A DNA stretch of 64,000 nucleotides, taken from positions 32,364,001 to 32,428,000 of the forward strand of contig CM022671.1 of NCBI GenBank assembly GCA_012295275.1. Direction: 5' to 3'. Under the pieces are notes generated by a model. The model was not told where the DNA came from. It saw only the letters and a list, made by a program, of their open reading frames with translations, and searched no databases. The DNA comes from Chrysomallon squamiferum (lineage: Eukaryota > Animalia > Mollusca). This document shows, in pieces, positions 1-23,200 of this stretch. Position 1 is the stretch's first letter; every line of letters begins with the position of its first letter. The position numbers were made by a program, and so were the translations under genes.

Positions 1-8078
<8,078 letters not shown>

Positions 8079-9057
8079 GCAGTAAATAAATATTCTGATC
8101 AGTGGTGGTATTCTTTTCTTCTATTTTCTTTGTGAATTGAGAAAGTAGTTGTTTTATATGGAGATACGAAGTGATGGTTTTAACTGTTTGGTTTGTCGCA
8201 TGACACGGTACAAAGTGTAAATAATGAATGTTAGATAGGTTATCTGAGTTAGCGGTTGTTTCAGCTCAGTACTTGATCTCGTTATTAAAATAATATACTT
8301 ATGACAATCAGCATAAAATGTGCCCTATTTATTTATTATTTTTAATAGTCAAGATGAAATATGCCCTATTTATTATTTCTTTCTTTTTAATTTAAATTAA
8401 ATTCTGCGATAAAAAAAATAATAATAATAAAAAAAAAATTATATGAATTTTGGATTTCTTTCTCTTCAAAAATCTATTGTTTCACACATATTTTTTAAAT
8501 TTATTTTTCTTATTTTTTAGAACACCAGTATGTAACAGAAAGTATACCATAATGTTGCCTGCAATTCTATTATGTAGTTTTTTGTTTTGATTATGTATAT
8601 ACATACAAACATATATATGCATACGCACGCATGCACGAACAAAACAAAAAAAGAGAGAGAAAAAAAAAAGAAAGAAAAAGAAATTCATTATCTCCGAAAT
8701 TAAGAACAAAATGTAATACATCATTATTATTATTATTATTTTTTTTTTTTTTTTTTTTTTTTTATTATTATTGTGCATTTATATATCATTATATAAACAA
8801 ATTTACAGCAAAATGCCGTTTCATCCAATTGACTTTTTCAATTGCCACGTATAATATGCTTCTGTCTGCCGGAAGATGGGAACATAAATAAATAAACAGA
8901 TAAATAAAGAATTATAATAATTCGAAGAATTCTTACGAAATTGTGCACCATTCTTTACATAATGGCAGCATTTATGTATGTCATTTTTAATTACATCGTC
9001 CAAACATTTCAACATGAGTGTCATGTAAGGATTACGCAGATTATAATATAAATCAGC

Positions 9058-9105
<48 letters not shown>

Positions 9106-10240
9106 GGGATCTTTTTCTACCCCTTTCAACTGACAGGAATTAATGTGATATCGTCAGGAGCGGAAAATCGTATGAGGAGGACAGACATGTGACCGAGTTC
9201 GACTCCGTGGAAACGACATTTTTACGGACTTCACATTAAAGGCCAGCAACTCTAATTTACTGTCAAGCAGACGAGTATTGAAATGGATATAAATATATAT
9301 TTGACGAATAAAACACTCATTTCACTGTCCTAATAACTATAGTCTTACGCTGTGCTTTGGCAATAATGGTGAAAATTTTTTAAAAAATAAAATAATGAAA
9401 TATATATATATATAAAAAAATTGTCTAAATAAAGCTGCAAATGCTATGACATAAAATATCAATCATTCTTCACAAAAAAACAACAAAAAAAATTTGTTCT
9501 GAATTCAGCTCTTAATCAAATAACCTTTTTCTTTCCCATGTTCATTAGCTTGTCTGAAAAGATTCCAAAATTAAACACGAATGACTGATGTTCTTCTCAC
9601 AGTTGGTCTCTGGAGTTTGATTATATTTCTATTTTATTTTCTTTATTTCTTTGCATTTATTAACATCATCATCAGTTTTTGCTTGTTTTATTATGCTTGT
9701 TTTTTACAGTTAATCTTATTTTCATTATTATAATTATCATTTATTTGTAATTTGATATATATATACACATACATACATATATATATATAAAATAATGAAA
9801 TATATATATATAAACCAGTAGATTTTTTCTCCCCTAAACATTCAGAATTTTAATTCAATAAACTTCACAGTGATGTTATAATGAAGTTTTGGCTAAAACA
9901 GTATTTGTTGGGTTTTTTTGTTTTTTTGTTATTGCTCATTTTGTTCCTTCATTTATTTACTTTATTTTTACTTCAGTCAATGTATTTTTCAGAAGACAAT
10001 TAACAGGTTTTAAATGTATTTTGGTTATTTTATATTTTTTTTGTTTTTGTTAATTACAGAAAACCTACGTATGTGTGTGTAAAAGAAAGTGAAATTGTCT
10101 TTTTTTTATATAGTTCATCTTTACACTAACAAGATCAATTTCAGTGACTATTTTGATCTTCTTTCTGTTTTTTCTTTTTTTTTTTTCTTTTTTTTTAACT
10201 TTCTGCTTCAAGAATACACAAAACTTTGTATTTTTGAAAT

Positions 10241-13200
10241 TTAATACACATTGCTGGCCATCAGAGCTTTTTGTGTGACTTGTGAAAATGTCCTCTGAAC
10301 AACAGTGTAAAGTCTGTGGTAAAGTGTGACAGTGTCTTTGGGTAAATCAAGTCTTCTCTTCTTTGTTAACAAACTGTCAGTGAATCCGTTGTCAGGGAAA
10401 CAGTCTTCCACACCAGACTCTGTAAAAGAAAGGACAAAGAAAAGGCAAATATTAAATATAACTATCTCTGTTATTAATATTATCTATAAATCTGTAATAA
10501 ATATTAAATATAACTCTGGTATTAATTTTATCTAAAAATCTGTAATAAATATTAAATATAACTGTTATTAATATTAAATATAACTCTGTTATTAATATTA
10601 AATATAACTGTTATTAATATTAAATATAACTATTATTAATATTAAATACAACTCTGTTATAAATATTAAATACCACTCTTATTAACATTAAATATAACTG
10701 TTATTAATATTAAATATAACTGTTATAAATATTAACTATAACTCTGTATTAATATTATATGTAACTGTGTTATTAATATTATATGTAACTCTGTTATTAA
10801 TATTAAATATAACTCTGTTATTAATATTAAATATAACTACATTATAAATACGTCACTTTAACCTATAAACATTTTTTTAGTATTCTTTGGAGTAGTCACA
10901 ACAGACACAGAGAAGTCATGATTCTGGCTTTTTAGTCAAATTAACAAATTCTCCAGTATTCTGCATCAGATTTTAATAATTTCAATAAAATGGCATAGTT
11001 CCATCTGTGTCTACTATAGTTAAAGGTTTTTGTCTTAAAATGAGTGTTATTTATCTAGGATGTAAAGAAATTAAATATACATTTAGTGCAAATAATGATG
11101 ATATTTTTGGAATAGAAAGATAATAAAAAATAAATAAATTAAAAAATATTTATAATGAATTCTCCAAACACTGATATTTATAAAATTCATATCAAATTTT
11201 CTAAATAAAAATTATTATATATATATATATAATTTTTATTTCAATTTATTTATTTATAAATAAATTGAAATAAAAATAAAGGAAGGAAATACCAGTATCC
11301 GAGTAAGCATCAAAGGCTGACAGTAATATATTAAAATATAAATCATTCTTCTACAACAAAATACAGTTATATTTATACTGAAATATTCTAGAGTCACATA
11401 AATTATTGTATCTGATGGTTTAAACATAATAATCTATAAAGAAAGTAAATGATTCAAACTGAAGATATCAGATAATTTATTTTCACGGAACTGCTTAAAT
11501 CAAAATAATCAACAGAAAGTTACAACAGAAAAAATAAACATTCCAAGTTTATGAATCTGTTATTTAAAAAAATGAACAAGGATTTAAAATAATCAAGAAA
11601 ATGACAAACATAAACACCTCTAACATTGCTAGTTATTCCTGGTAAATTTTAAAATATTCTACAGAGATATAAATAAGCCAGAATGATCAAAAGAATAGCA
11701 ACAATAAACACCCCAACATTCCCAGTTTATAAAGCAGGTGACTTTGCAGTATTCTGCAAAAATTTAAATAAGTTAAAATATTCAAAAAAGAGGCAAATAA
11801 ATATCTCTGGCATTCCATGTTTATTTTAAGAATATTCTCCAAAGATTTAAATAACATAAAATATTCAAGAAAATGGCAAAATAAATATCTTTGACATTTT
11901 CTGCTTATAAAATGTTAATTTTAAAATATTCTCCAAAGACTTAAATAAGTTAAAATATTCAAAAAAAAAAAAAAAATGACCAAATTAATATTTGACATTC
12001 CATGTTTATACAAGTGGTAATTTTTAAATATTCTCCAAAGACTTAAATAATTTAAAATATTCAAGAAAATGGCAAAATAAATATCTTTGACATTTTGTGC
12101 TTATAAAATGTTAATTTTAAAATATTCTCCAAAGACTTAAATAAGTTAAAATATTCCAAAAAAAATGACCAAATTAATATTTGACATTCCATGTTTATAC
12201 AAGTGGTAATTTTTAAATATTCTCCAAAGACTTAAATAAGTTAAAATGCTCAAAAAAATAGCAAAATAAACACCACTATTATTCTTAGTTAACTAAACTG
12301 GTCATTTTAAAATCAACAACAAAGACAATGACAAAAGTAAACTGACGTTCCTGCTTTATAAAGCTGGTTATTTCAAAACATCCCAGCAAGACTTAAAATG
12401 CCTCAAAGCCTGTTACTCACCAGAAAACGACAGTGTGGTAGTTGCAGCTAGGTGGGACACACAGATGCGGCCAACCTGAGTGAGCAGCGTGGTGACATCT
12501 TCACAGAGTGGAGGAAAAGCCTTACAGAAGTTTAACAAGTACGGAACAGTCTGCAGAAAGAATTTAATCCTCTCCTTACTCTCCAAAACTGAAATAAATA
12601 AATAAATAAATGATTTAATTTTGTTTCCTTTTTTTCTTAAACGTGACTGATAATGCAAACTGTTTATTTTAGGAGGTTAATAAAAAAAAGGTTTACCTGT
12701 TACCAAAGTGAACATGACGTTAATACAAAGTTTGGCCACACTCAGAGATTTCGGTAGAGAATACTTCAAACATAATTCTGATGTGAGCTGAATGGCAAAA
12801 ATCTGAAATTAAAATATCACAGACTTAGTCAAACTTTGACTCATGTCTTAAAATCGTTGAATAAATGAATAAATCAATCTAATGTATAGCATTTAATTAT
12901 TTTAAACTATTTTTGTTAACAATTCCTGTGTGTAAACCAGATATGTCATCAGACATCATATTATCAGCTTTTCTTCTCAAACAGCAATTTACAAATTATA
13001 TAACTTTTCCAGATGATACTATAATTATTTAATATTATCAATGATACTAATGATTTTGATTAATGATACATAACACATGGCGTAATGCATATCATAATAT
13101 CTCATTTTTTAAAAATGGAGAATTAATATTATGTACATATTAAACAGAATTTTAAAGTAGAAATTCTACAAAAAAATATATTAAAATATAATGTACACAT

Positions 13201-14151
13201 TAAACAGAATTTTAAAGTGAAAATTCTACAAAATAAATATATTAAAATAATAACACATTATTTCAGAATTAAAACAGGAACAGATATATGAACAACATAA
13301 AAACAGATACTGCATATATAATTAGATACAAATAAAAGATATATGTCCTTGTAACTGTAATAAGTATCAAAATATTTAAGAATTTCTTGAAAGTGAAGTA
13401 TTATTTTATAACAGTTTATATCACTGATCTAACCTGTTTTTCTGACTGTGGCTGTCCCAGCAGTTCAGCAATAAAATCCAAACAAATGTGCATGGACGGG
13501 ACACTCTGTACCACAGTTTTTATCAGTTCCCTCGGATATCCCTGGAATTTAGTCAAATAATATGTATGGTGTTTACAAATGACAAATTAAAAATGATGAT
13601 GATGATGATGATGTTAATGATAATCACAGAGTGGTTCAGCTATTCTGAATTAAACATTAATTTTATTATTATCATCTAGATTAAAGTATTTCATTATAAT
13701 TGTATTTATTTTTATGGTTTTATTAATATTATTCATTTATTCATTCATTCATTCATCCATCCATTGTTTATTTATTTATTTATTTACTTACTTATTTTTA
13801 ACTTCAATTTGAACAAAAAAAAGAAAAAGAAAAGATTTACCATTTTTAAAAAACAAATACTAATTACAATTCTATAAAGATTTCAGTAATATCCAATTAA
13901 CCAGTTTTACACATATACTTATGTTTGTGTAAAATGTGTACACACAACTACACACACACACACACACACATACATACAAAGATAATGTAACACATTTCAA
14001 ATGATATTTGAATCACCTGAAAATGTACAAGTTTGGCAAGGTTGGGATCTGCGATGAAAACTTGATGTATGTAAGAAAAAACCAGACACTGAACTTCTCG
14101 CTGGTTTGACAGCTGACTGTTGTCCTGTAAGAAAAATATTTATTTTTATTA

Positions 14152-14200
<49 letters not shown>

Positions 14201-17200
14201 TAGTGTTGATGTTACTACTGCTACCAGTACTATGCTATTATTATTAAGATTATTAATATAATGGTTGTTGTTGTTGTTAAGTGTATTTTTGGATCTGGTA
14301 TGGGTGTATTGTAAGGGAACAGGCAGCACAAAAACATATTTATATTTCCAAATCAATTTTATTTGTATTTTTTCTTATTGAAGTGTACAGTCATACAGTA
14401 CAAGTATAGTCTGTATATTTCATTCATTATTTTTCTCTATCTATGATGATGCAAATAAACAAGGCTCAATGATTTTTTTTCTAAATTATTTTCATTTGTA
14501 TTTTGAAACAGTTGTTTGCTAATAATAAAGTATGCTAACAAATTAATTATTATTAAAGTAACAAGTAACTGTAAATAAATTATTAGCTAATTTATCCTAT
14601 TAGTCAATCTTTTTATTTATTTTTTCAATATTAGTAGACTTATTAATAAATCTTTAAATAAATATATATATATTTTTTTTCAAATATTATGAAAATACAA
14701 ACATATATAAGAGAAAACATGAGAAAAATAGTGAAAATATTCAACTGCTTGTTTCAATAAAAACTTGCTACTTCATTATTAACAAAGGTTGAACATCTTT
14801 TGGAAATAAACAATAACAAGAACAAATATTTGTGTCTCACCTTCTCTGTTCTTGGGTTTGCCAGACAGGTTTCCAGTAAGATCTGAATCATGGCACTCTC
14901 CTGTGCTGCAATGAGAGCAATCTTCAACTCCTGTCTCTCCTGTTCAGCTACTGCGTTGTTGTCTGTGATTGGGTGTGTCTGGAGGTGATTTGTTAGAAAC
15001 ACGCGACACGCCTGAGTGTATGCTGCAAGCACTCGCAGGTTTATTTCAAGTACTGGAGGACACCTGCAAGTGTAAAGTTATTTTGAATTTTTATTTGGAG
15101 GACATAAAATATAAATATCCATCTTAAAAATTAGTGAATTTTTATTTGTACTAATAATCATGATTTCATAAAAATAAGAAAAAGAATCAAATTTAAATGA
15201 AAATCCATCCCACCAGGTAAACATTTCAGTGGTCCTGTGCTTTATCAAATACAAAAATGTCAAAAGCTCAGTAACCTGAATATCTCTAAAAAACCAAACT
15301 TTCTATTTGATCTATGTTCAGTGTATGAGCTACACAAAGAAATATAACACCTATTTTCTCTTTACATAACTGCCAAACATTAACCATTTTCTGCAAAATC
15401 CTTAAATGTTTTCATTTCAATTAAATCTACAGAATATTTATGATCCATTCCTAGAGATCTGGAATAAAATACAGACAACCTGTAATAATGATTTTACTGC
15501 AGGTTGTTTTTTTATTCAAACAATTAATCAAAGAAACTTGAGAATTAATCTAATACACATGTATTGAATATTTTTATTACTTTTGAAATCGTTTAAATGT
15601 GGGTTTTTTACATTATTATCCAGGTACTAGTAACTCTCTTTACCTGAAAACTCTTTCATCACAGCCGAGTACAATCAATGGGTCTATTATTATATCCTGC
15701 TCAGTGTATGGAGGTGAAACAAAGCCATGGTTTGAACACGGACGAAGTGAATTAACTGTCCACAGGCGAATACTGAATATTTTAAAAATAAAACATAACA
15801 GATTTTATATATATATATATAAAGAAGAGAGAAGAGATATGTATGTTTAGTGTAATTAAAAACAGATAAAAAACTTATATATATTTATAATATACACACA
15901 CACACACACACATTCAAAAGTATTCATTTACACAATAAAAACAAGTTGCATTTGTAACTGAAAACTTTAAAACACAAAAATATGAATACAACATACTTTT
16001 TCTGAAGAAATACACAGTAATGATCTATGTTTAATATATCACAATCAAGAATAAAAATAGAAATGAAATAATTCAAAGAAGGTTTCAAATTACACATTTG
16101 ATGGACTTTAAAAGAAGTTTAATTTATGTAAAATTATATATATATAACATAATCAAATAAAGTAATACTAACAAGAACATTTTTAAAAATATTCATTTAC
16201 CTTCTTGGGGTAACTGCATGAACTCTGAACCATACTCTCTGAACAAGGTCAAGGACTCTTCTCGGAGTGCCTTCCTGAAGCATGCTGGGGAGATTGTTGA
16301 TAAGAATTTCACTGTAAGGCATGAGATCCACAGACGACAATTCCAGCAAATACTTCAAATGCTGAATTACCACAGTTGGACAAGATTCTAGTTTCTGAAG
16401 AGCTGAAATACATCGACACATAAATATAAAAATCCAGTCAGTCATTGTTTCTGTAGTTTCTGGTTACAAATTGTAGATAGAATAAACTTGCTTCTAGTAG
16501 TTTTATAGTGAACTTTTTTTGTCTTTTATATAATTAGTCATAACATAAACAAGCCAGAGAGAAAGGAAAGAAACAGATATGGAGAAGAGAGATAATACAA
16601 ACAGAGAACAAAGACAGATGGGTATAACAGAGACAGATACAAAGAAGAGAAAAGAGACAGAAAAATAGAGAAATAGAAAGAAATATGGCCGATGTGTAAA
16701 GGTAAGAAGACATTTTGCTGAGACTCACCTAATTTAAACTGTTCTGGAGTGCAGGTTTTGCAGGAGGAGTCTGTGCCTGTAGCTGCCAGTGTTTTTGTTG
16801 TCAGACTTTCCTCCAGCCAGTCTTCAACCAAACACAGGTGTGGGTAATGAGTGACAAGAAGCCTGAAAACAAGTGAAAATAATTAAATCATACTGAACCA
16901 ATGACGTAACACACACCAAACAAATTTCATCCAGAATCCCTAAAACTGAAAGTCCAACAGTCTTCAACAAACACATAGTGTGGGTTAATCAGTAATCTGG
17001 AAAAAAAAAATTTCAGATATAAATCTCTGCTGAATGGATTTGAACCAGAAAACCTAAAAATGAATGAACAGTTTTTGACAACATACAGAGGCTTAGGTTA
17101 ATTTTAACCAAAAACTCTCATGCAGACAGCCTATAGAAGAAAAATTAATAAATAAATCATATGAGATATACTACAGACATCTGAAACAGAAATCCTGGGA

Positions 17201-20200
17201 TTGAAATCCCAGTACTGAACAAAACAGGGTTAATTAATGAATATAAGATATTAATATTATGTAAATAAAATAATAGCTACTATATGAACCAGAAACTCTC
17301 AGACTGTGAACCATTTTCTAAATTCTCCTTCAGTCATAAATAACAGCAGTGAACTTACATTCCAGGGAAGCAATGCAATACTATTCGTAAGTAGCAGAAG
17401 CCCATCATTCTTTTTTTCACTTTTTGTTTTGTTTTTGCTAAGTCACTTTTACCTGTGCTCTGTGGACCCAGTGGTTAAATGCACTTTGCACTCAAGACAG
17501 CACTAACCTTGTAAGAGGCGCAAACAAGCCAGCGTACAGCTGCTGTTCCTTCAGAGCTTCTTGTATGAGAAAGTTGATTGGAATTTTAGACAAAATATTT
17601 TCAGAGTATGATTTCACAGGACTTTTGAAAAGCACTGAAAAAAAAAAAAGAAATTGAATAAATCGTCTCAAATTGAATTTTCAATACTAAAATTTTTGAA
17701 TATCTCATAAATCAAGTAAAATTTAATTTAAACATTTGAATAAATGTAAAACAAGTTTTTATTTTCAGTATTAACTAAAAATTACAATAATGTCATAAAG
17801 CCTTTACTTTAAGTGTTATGAAAACAAAATTAAGATATTGAATTTAATGAAATTAAAATGTGAAGTTAATCTTGTTAAAATTTTTAACACAAAAAAAGAA
17901 ATTATAACAATTATAAATAAATTAAATTCAAGTCTTTCAGCATAGAAAAAGTTTAAATTATGAATTTACTTACTAAATTTAAAAATAATAAAAATACAAA
18001 TCAGAACAATATTTTAAGTTATTTAATAACAATATTAACCATTTTAAAATGCATGTATTTAATTAATTTACCTATTGCTTTCATGCTGTTTAACAGTGTA
18101 TCTTCATATAACAGCAAGTAATACAAGATCAGTAACTGCGTCGACAGATTCTGTTTGTTAGAGTAACCTCCCTTCCCTTTTGAGTGTCCATGACTAATGG
18201 CATCTTTGTAGACATCCAGAATTTCACTTTCTGTGATTGGTTCATTTGTGTACTCCATTTTTCCACCCTTGATGATAATGGAGTTCACATATGTTTCTAT
18301 TAGCTGGGGAAGAAGTGGATGAAGGGGGAGGGAAATGGAGCAAATTTGTTTGTAAATCCAGTCCTGAAATAAAAATAAAAATAAAAAAGATTATAATTCT
18401 GAAAATAATGGTAATAAAGATCAATGCACAAATACATTTTTGTCATTACTATAGAAAAAGATTAACAAACAATGGTTCTGCATTCATGCACATTTAAAAG
18501 TAAGAAAATAAAAAGAATTTATATATATATATATTTAACAAAAAAAAAGATTAATTTACATTTATTTTTATTTGAAACCAATAAAACATTTGATTAGATT
18601 GTCTATTTATATAACAAAGAGCTGTCTTATTGACAAAGTTTTCAGATTAAAATAAAACATAAACATAACACAAATTTTTATATTACTAATATAGTATAAA
18701 AGGTTTTAAACTTTACAAAAGAAAACTTATAACTTTACTAGATGAAAATTCTATCAATAATTACAGGATCAAGACTAAAACAATAAAACAAAATCAATCT
18801 GTATAGCTCAGAATTCTTTACATATTTATTAACTGTTTACATATTTTTTCTTAATAAATCTTATTTCAATTTTTTTTTATTCTTACTTATTTACTTATTT
18901 ATTAATAATAAATATGACTTTAATTATTTACATATTTATTAATAATAAATCTTATTTTAATTATTTACATTTTTATTAATAATAAATTTTACTTTAATTA
19001 TTTGTTTTTATTAATAATAATTCTTACTTTAATTATTTACATTTTATTAATAATAATTCTAACTTTAATTATTTACATTTTATTAATAATTATTCTTACT
19101 TTAATTATTTACATTTTATTAATAATTATTCTTACTTTAATTGGGACTTTGTGTTTGGAAAACACTCTGCTCTTCAACAACTGACATATACTGTGTAAAG
19201 GGAGATAACCCGTCATGTTAGCATTCAGATTTGGAGTTACTGGTATTTTCACAGCATGTGCAGCAATAACCTGAAAAGCATTACAATAACAATAATAATA
19301 ATAATAATAATAAAAATGAGTTTTAAATTTCCAAAGTTAATACAATGTAATATTAAGTTGACAATTAGTGCACTGATAATAGATTTTGAATTATTTTTTA
19401 ATATAATATAGATTGCCACTCAAACTATAGCAGCACCCTTCAGACTATTATTATATAATTTCAAGTTTATTTTGTACACAATAAATATTAATATTAATGT
19501 TAATGTTATTATTATTACACTTTATCATTATCATCATTATCATCATCATTACAATAATAACGAAATAAAAATACATATATTAGATTATCAAAGGATAAAA
19601 ACATAATAATTAGAACAAAAAATATATATTTCAGTCAAAGGCAAAGTTTTTTTTAATTTTTTAATGCCACATACCAATTAATTTTCTATCTTCTATTACT
19701 GGACAACAAAAAATAGATATTACTGAAATGTATACTTTTATCTGAAATTCCAAGTTAAATTACCTGTTCTGTAAAAAGTTCTTGAGTAAATATCTGACGA
19801 ATCCTTGATAATGCGTTTGCTTTGACAGCACTCTGAAAAAACAACAACATTAGTTTAATCATTTTACAACAGTATTGCTTAACCAAAGCTCTACACTAGA
19901 AGTACACCTTGTATGATATATTTGTGAGTTAACTGTGTATGATATATTTATAAATAAAGAAATTAAAAATGGAATCTAAATGTAGAAGTGAACACACTTA
20001 GCAGCATTACTTTGGCTAGTCTTGATGTTGTAGATGTTAATTAAATTACATTAAAACTAATATATAGTGATCTCAAATTTGCCACTATCTTGAATAATAA
20101 GACTTTTAGAAGTCTGCATATTAATTAATGTACATTTATTTACAAATATGTAGATATACTGTACTACTGAATTGTTGCCGTTTCCAAATATTTAAACTTT

Positions 20201-23200
20201 TATATGTTACCTTCATGCCAAGTGTGTTGCACACCAGATCTGCAATGGCGTGCATGTGGTTGTGATGGAAATGAAGAGCAAGAAGAAACAACATCTCTCC
20301 AAATGATGTACTGTTGGCTGTTTCTCTGAAATAAAAAACAAATGTACAGTAATAGGAAAATTCATCATAAAATTCAAATAGTTTTATTATGTTTAGAATA
20401 TTAATCCTTGAAAGTACCAAAATTTTGAAAATGAGTGTAAAGGTTTTTGATATTATATTATGTATATTATCATATGTAATTCAGTTTTGACCAAATAACA
20501 GAACAGAATTCAAATATATGTATATATTGTAATTTTTTTAACCATTAATGACAAACATAAAAGTTAATTTTTAAAGAATTTACTTTTCAAACATTCCTTC
20601 TGTGGACATTAACCAGGTGATCCATTCTATTGCCTGCTGTTCTTGATCCATTGAACTGAAACAAAATGAAAACATATCAGTTTATTATACAACTCAAAAA
20701 AAGGATAACTTTTTCAAATTTATAAATAATAACTAAAAATTAAATTTATTAATAATAATTAAGAATTAAAATCTATAAATAACAACACACACACACACAC
20801 ACACACACTTGTACTGGTACATATGTATCACTGACTGGTTAACTGAATATCCTGAATATTAATTTTATTCAACTGAAATAACCAATCAGTCACTTTTACA
20901 TCAAAGTTTATATACTAAAATTATAATATTAAAATAGATTTCATCTAAATCTGAAATTTACATACCCAAGCAGGTAGGGACATGCTATAAGCATAGACAG
21001 ACCGAGACATATAAAGTGTGCCCCAGTGTTGGAGGGAGGAGGTCTGGCTGTGATCAGTTCTAACAGTGATGTCATCTCCTCCTCAGAGTACCTGGAATAT
21101 AGCATGTATTTTATTAAAGATATCATCTACAAGTAGACATTTTTAAAATAACATCTACTTTTAAAGATGAACATATATACATATTTGTATAAATACACAA
21201 ACACACAGACACATTCACAATATATATAGTGTGTGTATATGTGTGTGTGTGTGCTTATATATTACATATATTCAGTTTTATATATAATTAATTTTAAAAT
21301 TTAAATTTCAAAACAATATCGAAATGTATCTGTTAAAAAGAATTCTGAAAATAACAAAATATTTCACTAATTGTAGGAATTTCAGATATACTGTATTAAC
21401 AGAATCATTTATATTTAAGTAAATTATATACTTGAGAGTGGCCATTCCTCTGAGTGCACAGTACAGCTTGATCAGACTGCTGGCTTTGACAACGTTGCCC
21501 TCAGACATCAACTCATATTTTTTAGGAAGAAGCTGACTGACTTGCCTCAGCAGATTCTCTCGTAACTTCTGAAGCATGGAATCAGAGGCATCTCCTTTTC
21601 TCTGTTTTTAAAATAAATAAATAGTATAAATAAAAGTATAAATAAAAAATAAAAAATATATAAAACAAAGTTAAAAAAATATTTGAAATATAACTGATTC
21701 CTTAATGCATTATATTTTGCTTAATATTGGTTGCAATTTTAGTTTTCACAAATGTAAGTAAACACAAACACATGAACAAATATTATGGAGTTGCAGTATC
21801 CACTATTTAAGAAAAAACTTAGACTAAACATTAAAGATTTTTTTTACTAGACAAAGTCAAAATTATGCATATGTATGTGTCCATGTATGCATGTCTGTGT
21901 TTGTCTATATACACTGATCTTAAAATGGAGTTCAGATATGTAAAAAAAATAATAATTTAAGTTTCAAAATAATAAAATGTTGTTTTTTATTAAATATCTG
22001 TTATATATAATTATATATATAAAATTGAATGGCTGATGTATTTTTAGATTTACCTTTTGTCCCACTTTGACAAACTGTGAGAACCATAGTCTGATTGCCT
22101 GGTCATTGCCTAGCATCAAGCTGCTAACAAAAGCCACCAAGTCATCTGCTTGTGAGTCTGTCTGTCTGTCACTTTCTCCAATTTGTAGTGATAAAGAAAT
22201 AGCCAGACCAGGCATTGTACAGTGCTTTACCTGTTCATTAAAAAAATAATAATAATAAAATAAAATTGTAATGAAGGAAATCTGGACTGGAAGCTGACTA
22301 TATTAAGCATCTAACACAGTCCAACATTAAAAGCACAAATAACAGCATTTAACCAACAACATAATCATAAATATTTTCTACAGAAACTAAATCACTCTTT
22401 AGTTGTGATATTTTTTTAACAATGTATTAATCAACAAGATTATAATTTTTTTTTAAATATATTAATAGAATAACTAAACAATAGGTAATAAGTAATAAGA
22501 TGAAACATTTATTTCATTCAACTATCTTTAATTATTTAATCATCACATGCTAATATAAAGAAATGGTAGGATAATTCTTAAGAATAAAAATAGTAAAAAA
22601 TAAAAAATATTTAAATAAAAGAATTATCAGGTAGACATTATATAAAACAGCTAGTAATAAATTGTTATTAATGTGAAGGCTGATACATACACAAAGTTGT
22701 CTGACATTCAGAGCTTCTTTTGGGTTCATGGTACACAAAGCTTTGAGCATCTCCAGTCTTGACCGACCACTCAGTGACTCCTCATCCTGTCTCTCTCCAT
22801 GAGACACCAGGCTCTGGCACACTGAAACATTTATTTATATCATAGCATTTCAGTATCTGCAAACAGTAATGCTAAGCAGATTTCCTCCAAATTTAATTCT
22901 TACTTTTTTCTTTAAAATTTCTTCTAATGAATTTTAAACATGATCACAGATTCATAAATATATTTCTGCCTGAATACCGTCTTAAATATGGCATCATTAT
23001 GCTTAAGTGGCATCAAGTATTCATTCCTTTTTAAAAGTAAAATTTTAAAATAAGTATTAATTTTATTTTTAAATAAATTCTGTTTCACACACCCTGGCTT
23101 ATTCAAATTTAAATAATAAAGGGGGATAATTATATATATATATCTACATATACATGTATATAAAAAAAGTGATTTTTAAGAATAACATACCTTCTGAAAA

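Noticed and set aside
10131-10160. Hairpin containing CAGTGA that resembles an iron-responsive element
   Set aside because: The motif is on the plus strand, antisense to the INTS2 3' UTR, and lacks the canonical five-pair stem with a C bulge.
11232-11277. Perfect 21-bp inverted repeat
   Set aside because: Almost purely A/T low-complexity sequence in an intron; no evidence of function.
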